In this document: positions 20,729 to 33,573 of the stretch, piece after piece
Layout of the letters: every line of letters starts with the position of its first letter
Numbering within the stretch: the stretch's first letter is position 1
Assembly (NCBI RefSeq): GCF_058153355.1
Contig: NZ_CM177019.1
Reading direction: 5' to 3' (one strand)
DNA: 64,000 nt
Made by a program: the position numbers and the translations under genes
Notes under the pieces: model-generated
Seen by the model: the letters and a program-made list of their open reading frames with translations, nothing else
The model's database searches: none
What the model was told of the DNA's origin: nothing

Positions 20729-21676
20729 GTGGCACAACGAGATTATGTACGCCGCAGCCAACCGGCACCTTCGCGGCGAAAAAAAAGCACCTCACGGAAA
20801 AAGCAACGAAATCTGCCTGCGGTTTCTCCCGCAATGGTCGCTATTGCTGCCGCCGTTCTTGTGACCTTTATCGGTGGTCTGTACTTCATTACGCATCACA
20901 AGAAAGAAGAGTCCGAGACGCTGCAAAGCCAGAAAGTGACCGGAAACGGATTACCACCGAAACCAGAAGAACGCTGGCGCTACATTAAAGAGCTGGAAAG
21001 TCGCCAGCCGGGTGTGCGTGCACCAACAGAACCTTCTGCCGGTGGTGAAGTGAAAACGCCGGAACAACTGACACCAGAACAACGTCAGCTTCTTGAACAA
21101 ATGCAGGCTGATATGCGCCAGCAACCAACGCAACTGGTTGAAGTCCCATGGAATGAACAGACGCCGGAACAGCGTCAGCAAACGCTTCAACGTCAGGCAC
21201 AACAGCGTCAGATTCAGGCGGCTCAACAGCAGCAGCGTCAGGCTGAGCAGGCATATCAACAACCGCGTACCGCGCAAGCGCAGCAACCACCGCGCCAGAC
21301 GCAGCAGACTCGCCAGGCGGCTCAGCAGCCGTACCAGGATCTCCTGCAAACGCCAGCACACACTGCCGCGGCGCAGCCGAAGTCACAGCAAGTCGCGCCT
21401 GTTAGCCGGGCCGCTGACGCGCCAAAACAGACGGCAGAGAAAAAAGACGAGCGGCGCTGGATGGTACAGTGCGGTTCGTTCCGAGGCGCGGAACAGGCAG
21501 AGACGGTACGTGCTCAGCTGGCGTTCGAAGGCTTTGACTCGAAAATTACCACCAACAATGGCTGGAATCGTGTGGTGATTGGCCCGATTAAAGGGAAAGA
21601 AAATGCCGACGGCACCCTGAATCGCCTGAAGATGGCGGGTCATACAAACTGTATTCGACTCGCCGCCGGGGGTTGA
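20729..21676 (+). CDS. ftsN: cell division protein FtsN
   Basis: GTG start (VAQRDYVRR...), TM segment, Q-rich periplasmic linker, C-terminal SPOR domain region. Confidence 0.92.
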   Translation: MAQRDYVRRSQPAPSRRKKSTSRKKQRNLPAVSPAMVAIAAAVLVTFIGGLYFITHHKKEESETLQSQKVTGNGLPPKPEERWRYIKELESRQPGVRAPTEPSAGGEVKTPEQLTPEQRQLLEQMQADMRQQPTQLVEVPWNEQTPEQRQQTLQRQAQQRQIQAAQQQQRQAEQAYQQPRTAQAQQPPRQTQQTRQAAQQPYQDLLQTPAHTAAAQPKSQQVAPVSRAADAPKQTAEKKDERRWMVQCGSFRGAEQAETVRAQLAFEGFDSKITTNNGWNRVVIGPIKGKENADGTLNRLKMAGHTNCIRLAAGG

Positions 21677-21699
21677 AACCCTCAAAATCCCCCCCATCT
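21672..21699 (+). promoter_or_regulatory. sigma-32 heat-shock promoter of hslVU
   Basis: GTTGAAA - 13 nt - CCCCATCT matches the sigma-32 consensus, about 70 nt upstream of hslV; a leader hairpin GCCCCGTAC...GTACGGGGT follows at about 21711-21735. Confidence 0.7.
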
Positions 21700-21768
21700 A
21701 TAATTGCATTATGCCCCGTACTTTTGTACGGGGTTTGTACTCTGTATTCGTAACCAAGGGGTCAGCTC

Positions 21769-22299
21769 GTGACAACTATAGTAAGCGTACGCCGTAACGG
21801 CCATGTGGTCATCGCTGGTGATGGTCAGGCCACGTTGGGCAATACCGTAATGAAAGGTAACGTGAAAAAGGTCCGCCGTCTGTACAACGACAAAGTCATC
21901 GCGGGCTTTGCGGGCGGTACTGCGGATGCTTTTACGCTGTTCGAACTGTTTGAACGTAAACTGGAAATGCATCAGGGCCATCTGGTCAAAGCCGCCGTTG
22001 AACTGGCAAAAGACTGGCGTACCGATCGCATGTTACGCAAACTTGAAGCACTGCTGGCAGTCGCGGATGAAACCGCTTCACTGATCATCACCGGTAACGG
22101 TGACGTGGTGCAGCCAGAAAACGATCTTATTGCTATCGGCTCCGGCGGCCCTTACGCCCAGGCTGCGGCGCGCGCGCTGTTAGAAAACACTGAACTAAGC
22201 GCCCGTGAAATTGCTGAAAAGGCGTTGGATATTGCAGGCGACATTTGCATCTATACCAACCATTTCCACACCATCGAAGAATTAAGCTACAAAGCGTAA
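21769..22299 (+). CDS. hslV: ATP-dependent protease subunit HslV
   Basis: 176-aa ORF; the T2 (N-terminal Thr nucleophile) follows the initiator: [20 protein letters not shown]. Confidence 0.95.
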
Positions 22300-22308
22300 G
22301 GATCTCCC

Positions 22309-23640
22309 ATGTCTGAAATGACCCCACGCGAAATCGTCAGCGAACTGGATAAACACATCATCGGCCAGGATAACGCCAAGCGTTCCGTGGCGATTGCACT
22401 GCGTAACCGCTGGCGTCGCATGCAGCTTAACGAAGAGCTGCGCCATGAAGTGACCCCGAAAAATATCCTGATGATCGGCCCGACCGGTGTCGGTAAAACT
22501 GAAATCGCTCGTCGTCTGGCTAAGCTGGCGAATGCGCCGTTCATTAAAGTTGAAGCGACCAAATTCACCGAAGTGGGCTATGTAGGTAAGGAAGTGGATT
22601 CTATTATCCGCGATCTGACCGATGCCGCCGTGAAAATGGTACGCGTCCAGGCTATTGAGAAAAACCGTTATCGCGCTGAAGAACTGGCAGAAGAACGTAT
22701 TCTCGACGTGCTGATCCCACCGGCTAAAAACAACTGGGGACAGACCGAACAACAGCAGGAACCGTCCGCTGCTCGTCAGGCATTCCGCAAAAAACTGCGT
22801 GAAGGCCAGCTCGATGACAAAGAAATCGAGATCGATCTTGCCGCAGCACCGATGGGCGTTGAAATTATGGCGCCTCCGGGAATGGAAGAGATGACCAGCC
22901 AGCTGCAGTCCATGTTCCAGAACCTGGGTGGTCAGAAACAAAAAGCGCGTAAGCTGAAAATCAAAGACGCCATGAAGCTGCTGATTGAAGAAGAAGCGGC
23001 GAAACTGGTGAATCCGGAAGAGCTGAAGCAAGACGCTATCGACGCCGTTGAACAGCACGGGATCGTGTTTATCGACGAAATCGACAAAATCTGTAAGCGC
23101 GGCGAGTCTTCCGGTCCGGATGTTTCTCGTGAAGGTGTTCAGCGTGACCTGCTGCCGCTGGTAGAAGGTTGCACCGTTTCCACCAAACACGGGATGGTCA
23201 AAACTGACCACATTCTGTTTATCGCTTCTGGCGCGTTCCAGATTGCGAAACCGTCTGACCTGATCCCGGAACTGCAAGGTCGTCTGCCAATCCGCGTTGA
23301 ACTGCAGGCACTGACCACCAGCGACTTCGAGCGTATTCTGACCGAGCCGAATGCCTCTATCACCGTGCAGTACAAAGCACTGATGGCGACTGAAGGCGTA
23401 AATATCGAGTTCACCGACTCCGGTATTAAGCGGATCGCGGAAGCAGCATGGCAGGTGAACGAATCTACCGAAAACATCGGTGCTCGTCGTTTACATACTG
23501 TTCTGGAGCGTTTAATGGAAGAGATTTCCTACGACGCCAGCGATTTAAGCGGTCAAACCATCACTATTGACGCAGATTATGTGAGCAAACATCTGGATGC
23601 GTTGGTGGCAGATGAAGATCTGAGCCGTTTTATCCTATAA
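22309..23640 (+). CDS. hslU: ATP-dependent protease ATPase subunit HslU
   Basis: 443-aa ORF; Walker A GPTGVGKT; full-length match to HslU. Confidence 0.95.
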
Positions 23641-23668
23641 TCGCGTTCAATCATTTTCATCATTGTTT

Positions 23669-23696
23669 GATGGGGCTGAAAGGCCCCATTTTTATT
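23669..23696 (+). terminator. putative hslVU terminator
   Basis: TGGGGC-TGAAAG-GCCCCA hairpin followed by TTTTTATT. Confidence 0.6.
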
Positions 23697-23706
23697 GGCG
23701 CGTATT

Positions 23707-24633
23707 ATGACTGAACAACAAATTAGCCGAACTCAGGCGTGGCTGGAAAGTTTACGACCTAAAACCCTCCCCCTCGCCTTTGCTGCAATTATCGTCGGGA
23801 CGGCGCTGGCATGGTGGCAAGGTCACTTCGATCCGCTGGTCGCCCTGCTGGCACTGATTACCGCCGGACTGCTTCAAATTCTCTCTAACCTCGCTAATGA
23901 TTACGGCGATGCAGTAAAAGGCAGCGATAAACCTGACCGCATTGGCCCGCTACGTGGCATGCAAAAAGGGGTCATTACCCAGCAAGAGATGAAACGGGCG
24001 CTCATTATTACCGTCGTCCTCATCTGTCTCTCCGGGCTGGCGTTGGTTGCAGTGGCGTGCCATACGCTGGCCGATTTTGTCGGCTTCCTGATTCTTGGCG
24101 GGTTGTCGATCATTGCCGCTATCACCTACACCGTGGGCAATCGTCCTTATGGTTATATCGGTCTGGGTGATATTTCCGTACTGGTTTTCTTTGGCTGGTT
24201 AAGCGTCATGGGCAGCTGGTATTTACAGGCTCATACGTTGATTCCGGCGTTGATCCTTCCGGCGACCGCATGCGGCCTGCTGGCAACGGCAGTACTGAAC
24301 ATTAATAACCTGCGTGATATCAATAGCGACCGCGAAAACGGCAAAAACACGCTGGTGGTGCGCTTAGGTGCAGTAAACGCGCGTCGTTATCATGCCTGCC
24401 TGCTGATGGGCTCTCTGGTGTGTCTGGCGCTGTTTAATCTCTTTTCGCTGCATAGCCTGTGGGGCTGGCTGTTCCTGCTGGCGGCACCATTACTGGTGAA
24501 GCAAGCCCGTTATGTGATGCGGGAAATGGACCCGGTGGCGATGCGACCGATGCTGGAACGCACTGTCAAGGGAGCGTTACTGACTAACCTGCTGTTTGTT
24601 TTAGGGATATTCCTAAGCCAGTGGGCAGCATAA
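23707..24633 (+). CDS. menA: 1,4-dihydroxy-2-naphthoate octaprenyltransferase
   Basis: Native start MTEQQISRTQAWLESLRPKTLP; polytopic membrane protein, 308 aa. Confidence 0.93.
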   Translation: MTEQQISRTQAWLESLRPKTLPLAFAAIIVGTALAWWQGHFDPLVALLALITAGLLQILSNLANDYGDAVKGSDKPDRIGPLRGMQKGVITQQEMKRALIITVVLICLSGLALVAVACHTLADFVGFLILGGLSIIAAITYTVGNRPYGYIGLGDISVLVFFGWLSVMGSWYLQAHTLIPALILPATACGLLATAVLNINNLRDINSDRENGKNTLVVRLGAVNARRYHACLLMGSLVCLALFNLFSLHSLWGWLFLLAAPLLVKQARYVMREMDPVAMRPMLERTVKGALLTNLLFVLGIFLSQWAA

Positions 24634-24725
24634 CTGACAAATATCAATTAACAATTGATGATTTTGCCAACAGCCCACATAGCGCGATATACTGAAAATT
24701 CTCGCAGCAACTGAATGTTAAGCCT

Positions 24726-25211
24726 ATGAAATACGATACTTCCGAGCTTTGTGACATCTATCAAGAAGATGTTAACGTCGTGGAACCGCTGTTCTCCAAT
24801 TTTGGCGGACGGGCGTCGTTTGGCGGACAAATAATCACGGTAAAATGTTTCGAGGACAACGGGTTGCTGTACGATCTGCTCGAACAGAATGGCCGTGGTC
24901 GTGTTCTCGTCGTTGATGGCGGTGGTTCTGTTCGTCGCGCACTGGTCGATGCTGAGCTGGCGCGTCTGGCAGTACAAAATGAATGGGAAGGCCTGGTCAT
25001 TTACGGCGCGGTGCGTCAGGTAGATGACCTGGAAGAGCTGGATATCGGCATCCAGGCGATGGCAGCAATTCCAGTCGGTGCCGCTGGCGAAGGCATTGGC
25101 GAAAGCGATGTCCGCGTTAATTTTGGCGGCGTCACCTTCTTCTCCGGTGACCATCTTTATGCCGACAATACCGGAATTATTCTTTCAGAAGATCCGCTGG
25201 ATATTGAATAA
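24726..25211 (+). CDS. rraA: ribonuclease E inhibitor RraA
   Basis: 161-aa [32 protein letters not shown]. Confidence 0.93.
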
Positions 25212-25227
25212 GTACCTGCCATGCGTT

Positions 25228-25256
25228 AAAAGGGGAATTAAATTCCCCTTTTTTAT
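25228..25256 (+). terminator. rho-independent terminator after rraA
   Basis: AAAGGGGAATT-AAATTCCCCTTTTTTAT hairpin plus T-run. Confidence 0.8.
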
Positions 25257-25469
25257 ATGCAAAATATTCATAAAGACTATCGTTTGTTTTTATTTAATTC
25301 ATTTTAAATATCAATAGTTCACATCTGACAATATAAATTAATTATCGATAAATCATTTCATAAAAATATGCAGCATTAAAAATTAATGCTATATGGTAAA
25401 TTAACTATTCTGGGAATAGGGATATGAATCATCGTTAGTAGCGAACGTATTATATAATAAGGGACTGAT

Positions 25470-26186
25470 ATGAGATACGTTATCTTATTAATACTATGGA
25501 TAATAACTACTTTTCTTAGTCATCTTCAGCACAGCAACCTACTGTCTGGAGATCCTGGCATGGTTGGCGAGTATATCGGTTCAGTATTTCTGGGGCCGTT
25601 GTTACTTCCCGTGCTTGTGTCAGGTATTCTGTGCGCATTTATTAAAAAAAAACGTAACTTCGCCAGTTTTACTCGCGGGTGCTGTTGGGTATTGGGAATC
25701 CTGCTTTTATCCAAAGTCGGCAATACGTTTCGTATGTTTACCCCGTGGCAATATACCTTTGAGAATGCTGCGATAACCGTGACTATCCCGAACCGACACT
25801 GGAATACGGTTTCCATCAGTACTAATAAAACCATTGATATAAGAAGTGAGGATAATAGCGTCTTCATTTCTGCTTTCCGCCTGCCCGCAGGACGTAGCGC
25901 CGATGACCCGCTGGAAGCGTTAAAGAAGAAGCAGCGAGACAATCTCAAGGATCAATACAATGAGGAAGCCTTCCAGTTTCATGATTGTAATGCCAAACAT
26001 TTCACCTGTAAGTATCAGGATGTGTTGATAAATTTTGATGGTCAGCAGAAAAGAACCATCAGTGTTTATCTTGAAGACACCCCCAGGGCTGTGGGGATCA
26101 TTGCATTAATGGCGCCAGATACGGCAGATAAATATCGCCAACAGGCGATGGAGATTATGCTTTCCGCTAAAAATGCAGTGAAGTAA
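25470..26186 (+). CDS. hypothetical membrane protein in an AT-rich insertion
   Basis: 238-aa ORF with ATG 6-7 nt after AGGGA. Two to three N-terminal hydrophobic helices, then a soluble domain of about 150 aa. No family recognised. Upstream 250 bp is strongly AT-rich. Confidence 0.55.
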   Translation: MRYVILLILWIITTFLSHLQHSNLLSGDPGMVGEYIGSVFLGPLLLPVLVSGILCAFIKKKRNFASFTRGCCWVLGILLLSKVGNTFRMFTPWQYTFENAAITVTIPNRHWNTVSISTNKTIDIRSEDNSVFISAFRLPAGRSADDPLEALKKKQRDNLKDQYNEEAFQFHDCNAKHFTCKYQDVLINFDGQQKRTISVYLEDTPRAVGIIALMAPDTADKYRQQAMEIMLSAKNAVK

Positions 26187-26192
26187 AAAATA

Positions 26193-26210
26193 AGGCGCCT
26201 TGCGGCGCCT
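26193..26210 (-). terminator. putative zapB terminator hairpin
   Basis: AGGCGCC-TTGC-GGCGCCT stem-loop with a T-run on the minus strand, immediately downstream of the zapB stop. Confidence 0.55.
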
Positions 26211-26224
26211 CTGCGTGGAAGAGA

Positions 26225-26518
<294 letters not shown>

Positions 26519-26739
26519 TTACCGGTGACGCCTTAATAAATACGAGCGCACTTTAGTTAGCTCCGATTGTATGAAGCCGCGCCATCGCTGTCCAGCGGCA
26601 CGCCTTGCAGATTACGGTTTGCCACACTTTTCATCCTTCTCCTGGAGACATAATCCACGCAAATCGAAAATGTTAATAAATTTGTTGCGCGAATGATCTA
26701 ACAAACATGCATCATGTACAACCAGATGGAATAAATGGC

Positions 26740-26830
26740 GCGATAACGCTCATTTTATGACGAAGCACACACATTTTAAGTTCGATATTTCTCGTTTTTG
26801 CTCGTTAACGATAAGTTTACAGCATGCCTA
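26740..26830 (+). promoter_or_regulatory. glpFKX promoter/operator region (GlpR half-site-like repeats)
   Basis: Repeated CGATAACG / TTCGATA / CGTTAACGATAA elements upstream of glpF, consistent with GlpR operators; exact sites not resolved by eye. Confidence 0.35.
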
Positions 26831-26894
26831 CAAGCATCGTGGAGGTCCGTGACTTTCACGCATACAACAAACATTAACTCTTCAGGATCCGATT

Positions 26895-29271
<2,377 letters not shown>

Positions 29272-29305
29272 TATCAGGCATCTGAACCAATTGCCTGATA
29301 CTGAT

Positions 29306-29395
29306 CGCCTGATGCGACGCTTACGCGTCTTATCAGGCCTACGAGCCGATGCCATTTTGTGTAGGCCGGATAAGGCGTTCACGCCGCATCCGGCA
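29306..29395. repeat. REP (BIME-type) palindromic units, glpK-glpX intergenic
   Basis: GCCTGATGCGACGCTTACGCGTCTTATCAGGCCTAC and TGTAGGCCGGATAAGGCGTTCACGCCGCATCCGGCA, canonical enterobacterial REP sequences in inverted orientation. Confidence 0.85.
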
Positions 29396-29501
29396 TGTCG
29401 TAGACTCTAAAATCGTGCGGGGGCAACCCCCGCACACATCAATAATCCTGCCCTTCCCCTGTGCTACACTTCGCGCCATTCCTTACTGCTTAGAGTTTGC
29501 T

Positions 29502-30512
29502 ATGAGACGAGAACTTGCCATCGAATTTTCCCGCGTCACCGAATCTGCGGCGCTGGCTGGCTACAAATGGTTAGGACGCGGCGATAAAAACACCGCGGAC
29601 GGCGCAGCGGTTAACGCCATGCGCATTATGCTCAACCAGGTCAACATTGACGGTACCATCGTCATTGGTGAAGGTGAAATCGACGAAGCGCCGATGCTCT
29701 ACATTGGTGAAAAAGTCGGTACCGGTCGCGGCGATGCGGTAGATATTGCTGTTGATCCGATTGAAGGCACGCGCATGACGGCGATGGGCCAGGCTAACGC
29801 GCTGGCGGTGCTGGCAGTAGGCGATAAAGGCTGCTTCCTCAACGCGCCGGATATGTATATGGAGAAGCTGATCGTCGGACCGGGAGCGAAAGGCGTCATT
29901 GATCTGAACCTGCCGCTGGCGGATAACCTGCGCAATGTTGCGGCGGCGCTCGGCAAACCGTTAAGCGAACTGACGGTAACGATTCTGGCGAAACCACGCC
30001 ACGATGCTGTTATCGCAGAAATGCAGCAACTCGGCGTGCGCGTATTTGCTATTCCGGATGGCGATGTGGCAGCCTCAATTCTCACCTGTATGCCAGACAG
30101 CGAAGTTGACGTGCTGTACGGTATTGGTGGCGCGCCGGAAGGCGTGGTTTCTGCGGCGGTGATCCGCGCATTAGATGGTGACATGAACGGTCGTCTGCTG
30201 GCACGTCATGACGTCAAAGGCGACAACGAAGAAAATCGCCGCATTGGCGAGCAGGAGCTGGCGCGCTGCAAAGCGATGGGCATCGAAGCCGGTAAAGTAT
30301 TGCGTCTGGGCGATATGGCACGCAGCGATAACGTTATCTTCTCTGCCACCGGTATTACCAAAGGCGATCTGCTGGAAGGTATTAGCCGCAAAGGCAATAT
30401 CGCCACCACCGAAACACTGCTGATCCGCGGTAAATCACGCACCATTCGTCGCATTCAATCCATCCACTATCTGGATCGTAAAGACCCGGAAATGCAGGTG
30501 CACATTCTCTGA
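29502..30512 (+). CDS. glpX: fructose-1,6-bisphosphatase class II
   Basis: Native start MRRELAIEFSRVTESAALAGYKWLGRGDKN, 336 aa. Confidence 0.93.
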   Translation: MRRELAIEFSRVTESAALAGYKWLGRGDKNTADGAAVNAMRIMLNQVNIDGTIVIGEGEIDEAPMLYIGEKVGTGRGDAVDIAVDPIEGTRMTAMGQANALAVLAVGDKGCFLNAPDMYMEKLIVGPGAKGVIDLNLPLADNLRNVAAALGKPLSELTVTILAKPRHDAVIAEMQQLGVRVFAIPDGDVAASILTCMPDSEVDVLYGIGGAPEGVVSAAVIRALDGDMNGRLLARHDVKGDNEENRRIGEQELARCKAMGIEAGKVLRLGDMARSDNVIFSATGITKGDLLEGISRKGNIATTETLLIRGKSRTIRRIQSIHYLDRKDPEMQVHIL

Positions 30513-30532
30513 GTGATTTGATCGATTGAGCC

Positions 30533-30562
30533 TTCCAGTCCTTCGGGACTGGAATTTTTTTG
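30533..30562 (+). terminator. rho-independent terminator after glpX
   Basis: TCCAGTCC-TTCG-GGACTGGA hairpin followed by ATTTTTTT. Confidence 0.8.
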
Positions 30563-30608
30563 TTCGGAGAACGAAGATAAGGCAAGTCAATCAAAACAGG
30601 AGAAAAAC

Positions 30609-31355
30609 ATGGCTGATTGGGTAACAGGCAAAGTCACTAAAGTGCAGAACTGGACCGACGCCCTGTTTAGTCTCACCGTTCACGCTCCCGTGCTTCCATT
30701 TACTGCCGGGCAATTCACCAAACTAGGCCTTGAAATTGACGGCGAACGCGTCCAGCGTGCCTATTCCTACGTTAACTCTCCTGATAATCCCGATCTGGAG
30801 TTTTACCTGGTGACCGTCCCCGATGGAAAATTAAGCCCACGATTAGCGGCACTGAAACCGGGCGATGAAGTACAGGTGGTTAGCGAAGCAGCTGGCTTCT
30901 TTGTGCTGGATGAGGTCCCTGACTGCGAAACACTGTGGATGCTGGCAACCGGTACAGCGATTGGCCCTTATTTATCAATTCTGCAACGGGGCAAAGATTT
31001 AGATCGCTTCAAAAATCTGGTTCTGGTTCACGCCGCACGTTATGCCGCCGACTTAAGTTATCTGCCACTGATGCAAGAACTGGAAAAACGCTACGAAGGG
31101 AAACTGCGCATTCAGACGGTGGTCAGTCGGGAAACGGCGGCGGGTTCGCTCACCGGGCGAATACCGGCGTTAATTGAAAGTGGTGAACTGGAAAGTGCGG
31201 TGGGCTTGCCGATGGATAAAGAAACCAGCCATGTGATGCTGTGCGGCAATCCACAGATGGTTCGCGATACGCAACAGTTGCTAAAAGAAACCCGGCAGAT
31301 GACGAAACATTTACGTCGTCGACCGGGCCATATGACAGCGGAGCATTACTGGTAA
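30609..31355 (+). CDS. fpr: ferredoxin/flavodoxin-NADP+ reductase
   Basis: 248-aa ORF MADWVTGKVTKVQNWTDALFSLTVHAP. Confidence 0.93.
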   Translation: MADWVTGKVTKVQNWTDALFSLTVHAPVLPFTAGQFTKLGLEIDGERVQRAYSYVNSPDNPDLEFYLVTVPDGKLSPRLAALKPGDEVQVVSEAAGFFVLDEVPDCETLWMLATGTAIGPYLSILQRGKDLDRFKNLVLVHAARYAADLSYLPLMQELEKRYEGKLRIQTVVSRETAAGSLTGRIPALIESGELESAVGLPMDKETSHVMLCGNPQMVRDTQQLLKETRQMTKHLRRRPGHMTAEHYW

Positions 31356-31359
31356 GCGG

Positions 31360-31788
31360 TTACTTGTCGATAAACGGCACGATGAGCAGATCCGCTTTCA
31401 ACTTATTGATCATCCCGCGGTATGCCGGCATCAAACGGTTGATAAATGAGTGGTGATGACCACAGACAAGGAGGTCGCACTGCTCTTGTTGCATAATATC
31501 CAGCAGTGTTTCCGGCATTTCCCCACGTTCAATACGCAGTTTTGTCTTCGGCCATTGAATATTTTTCGTCAGTTTATACAGCTTGTTATCCGACTTATTC
31601 TTCAACAATTGAAGAATATCCTCTGTTGCAGGGAAGTAGATACCCGGATACAACTCGCTTAAGCCATCATCAATATGAATTAACGTCAGGTGAGCGTCAT
31701 TATGTCTGGCGAGCTCCAGGGCTTTATTCACCAGTAAGGCATCTTCTTCATTCCCGGAAATTGCCACGCCAATGTGTTTATAAGCCAT
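31360..31788 (-). CDS. uspD: universal stress protein D
   Basis: 142-aa [30 protein letters not shown]. Confidence 0.92.
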   Translation of the reverse strand: MAYKHIGVAISGNEEDALLVNKALELARHNDAHLTLIHIDDGLSELYPGIYFPATEDILQLLKNKSDNKLYKLTKNIQWPKTKLRIERGEMPETLLDIMQQEQCDLLVCGHHHSFINRLMPAYRGMINKLKADLLIVPFIDK

Positions 31789-31814
31789 GTTTAACTCCTT
31801 CTAAAGCAACTCCA

Positions 31815-32114
31815 TCAAGCTAACGAACGCAGTGATAACTCAAAAATAATCATCTCGGCCTGGCATGAGAAGGTGAAGGCCGCATCAAGCTCAACTTGCC
31901 CCTCCAGATCCTTAATCTTATAGGCCACGCTGGCCCCTTCATCCGCAGAGGATGCAGCGGCGGCAAGCTCTTTCAGTTTAGTCATAAAGGACTCTGCTTC
32001 TTCGCGGGTGGCAAAAAAGCGCGAAAACTTACTGGTACAGTTGTCGTTATCAATCACCGTACCGATATCAATCGCACATCCTTTAGTACTGCATTTATCT
32101 ACGACATCTTTCAT
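31815..32114 (-). CDS. yiiS: DUF406/UPF0381 family protein YiiS
   Basis: 99-aa ORF in the conserved position between uspD and yiiR. Confidence 0.85.
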   Translation of the reverse strand: MKDVVDKCSTKGCAIDIGTVIDNDNCTSKFSRFFATREEAESFMTKLKELAAAASSADEGASVAYKIKDLEGQVELDAAFTFSCQAEMIIFELSLRSLA

Positions 32115-32325
32115 AGGGCACCTCTGTATATTCGCCTCTCTGTCGATTACGACTTAAGAATAATGCGCCGTTAAGGGAAGAACAAACAAGTAATGATCTT
32201 ATGGATTACCATTTTTTTTGATATTGCTTAAGGTGAAGAGATCAGAAGGATTTTCCGGGCATTGTCATTTTCAACGTGGAAATAACAAACCCGGAAAAAA
32301 ATAGCAGTAAGAGATATATTAAAGG

Positions 32326-32766
32326 TTAATTACTTGATTTATTGTCGGCTTTATACTTCACATCCTCGGTATCTTTACCATATTTATTTTCGCCTTGTGT
32401 GCCAACAAACGCACCAAGATCGATAAGCATCATCACCAGAATCAACGTCGGGACAAAACGCCCCACCGCCCATTGCCAGACACCAGGTAAAATCGCCCAG
32501 TTACCCGCCAGCAGCATCCACGCCACAATCATCAGAAATGCCCATGCGCCGGAACGCCCGCGATCATGCAAGCGCTTAACGGTTACTGCCGCTGTTGGCC
32601 AAAGCAAGCACACAAGGCAAAACGCCGCGGTCTGAATATCGAGTAAATTTTTACCCGCCAGTGAGAAAAGCACCAGCATGCCTGCGAACCACAGGCCTAT
32701 CCAAATCCAGAAATCACGGCGTCCAATACGCCCTTTAAATGAAAATAACCATTGCTGTATGGTCAT
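32326..32766 (-). CDS. yiiR: DUF805 inner-membrane protein YiiR
   Basis: 146-aa hydrophobic ORF MTIQQWLFSFKGRIGRRDFWIW. Confidence 0.85.
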   Translation of the reverse strand: MTIQQWLFSFKGRIGRRDFWIWIGLWFAGMLVLFSLAGKNLLDIQTAAFCLVCLLWPTAAVTVKRLHDRGRSGAWAFLMIVAWMLLAGNWAILPGVWQWAVGRFVPTLILVMMLIDLGAFVGTQGENKYGKDTEDVKYKADNKSSN

Positions 32767-32866
32767 GTAAGTTCCTTGATGGTTGTCTTTTCCAGGATTC
32801 TACCCTTTTGACAAGGGCGACAGATATCGTTTTAATCGGAGCCAGTCATAACAAAAGGTACTGTCA

Positions 32867-33466
32867 ATGAAGCCAGGGTGTACGCTGTTTTTTCTCTTAT
32901 GTTCTGCATTAACCGTTACAACAGCGGCGCATGCACAAACACCAGATACGGCAACAACCGCGCCTTATCTGCTGGCTGGAGCCCCTACTTTCGATCTCTC
33001 CATCAGCCAGTTTCGAGAAGACTTTAACAGCCAGAACCCCAGCCTGCCACTGAACGAATTTCGTGCCATCGACAGCAGTCCCGACAAAGCCAATCTCACT
33101 CGTGCTGCCAGTAAAATTAATGAGAACTTGTATGCTTCTACAGCGCTGGAGCGCGGTACCTTAAAAATCAAAAGCATTCAAATGACCTGGCTACCCATCC
33201 AGGGGCCAGAGCAAAAAGCCGCGAAAGCGAAAGCTCAGGAATACATGGCAGCGGTGATCCGCACACTCACCCCATTAATGACCAAAACACAAAGCCAGAA
33301 AAAACTGCAGTCGCTACTAACGGCGGGGAAAAACAAACGTTATTACACCGAGACCGAAGGTGCACTGCGTTATGTTGTCGCGGACAACGGCGAAAAGGGG
33401 CTGACCTTCGCTGTTGAACCGATTAAGCTGGCGCTATCTGAATCGCTTGAAGGTTTGAATAAATGA
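32867..33466 (+). CDS. yiiQ: DUF1454 periplasmic protein YiiQ
   Basis: 199-aa ORF with signal peptide; conserved position upstream of tpiA. Confidence 0.85.
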   Translation: MKPGCTLFFLLCSALTVTTAAHAQTPDTATTAPYLLAGAPTFDLSISQFREDFNSQNPSLPLNEFRAIDSSPDKANLTRAASKINENLYASTALERGTLKIKSIQMTWLPIQGPEQKAAKAKAQEYMAAVIRTLTPLMTKTQSQKKLQSLLTAGKNKRYYTETEGALRYVVADNGEKGLTFAVEPIKLALSESLEGLNK

Positions 33467-33573
33467 CAAAAAGCAAAGCCTTTGTGCCGATGAATCTCTA
33501 TACTGTTTCACAGACCTGCTGCCCTGCGGGGCGGCCATCTTCCTTTATTCGCTTATAAGCGTGGAGAATTAAA

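Noticed and set aside
21100-21330. Repetitive Q/R/A-rich stretch in ftsN (QQRQ, QAQQ repeats) that could be taken for a tandem repeat or CRISPR-like array
   Set aside because: It is the known low-complexity, glutamine-rich periplasmic linker of FtsN. There are no regular direct repeats with unique spacers; no CRISPR array is present anywhere in the window.
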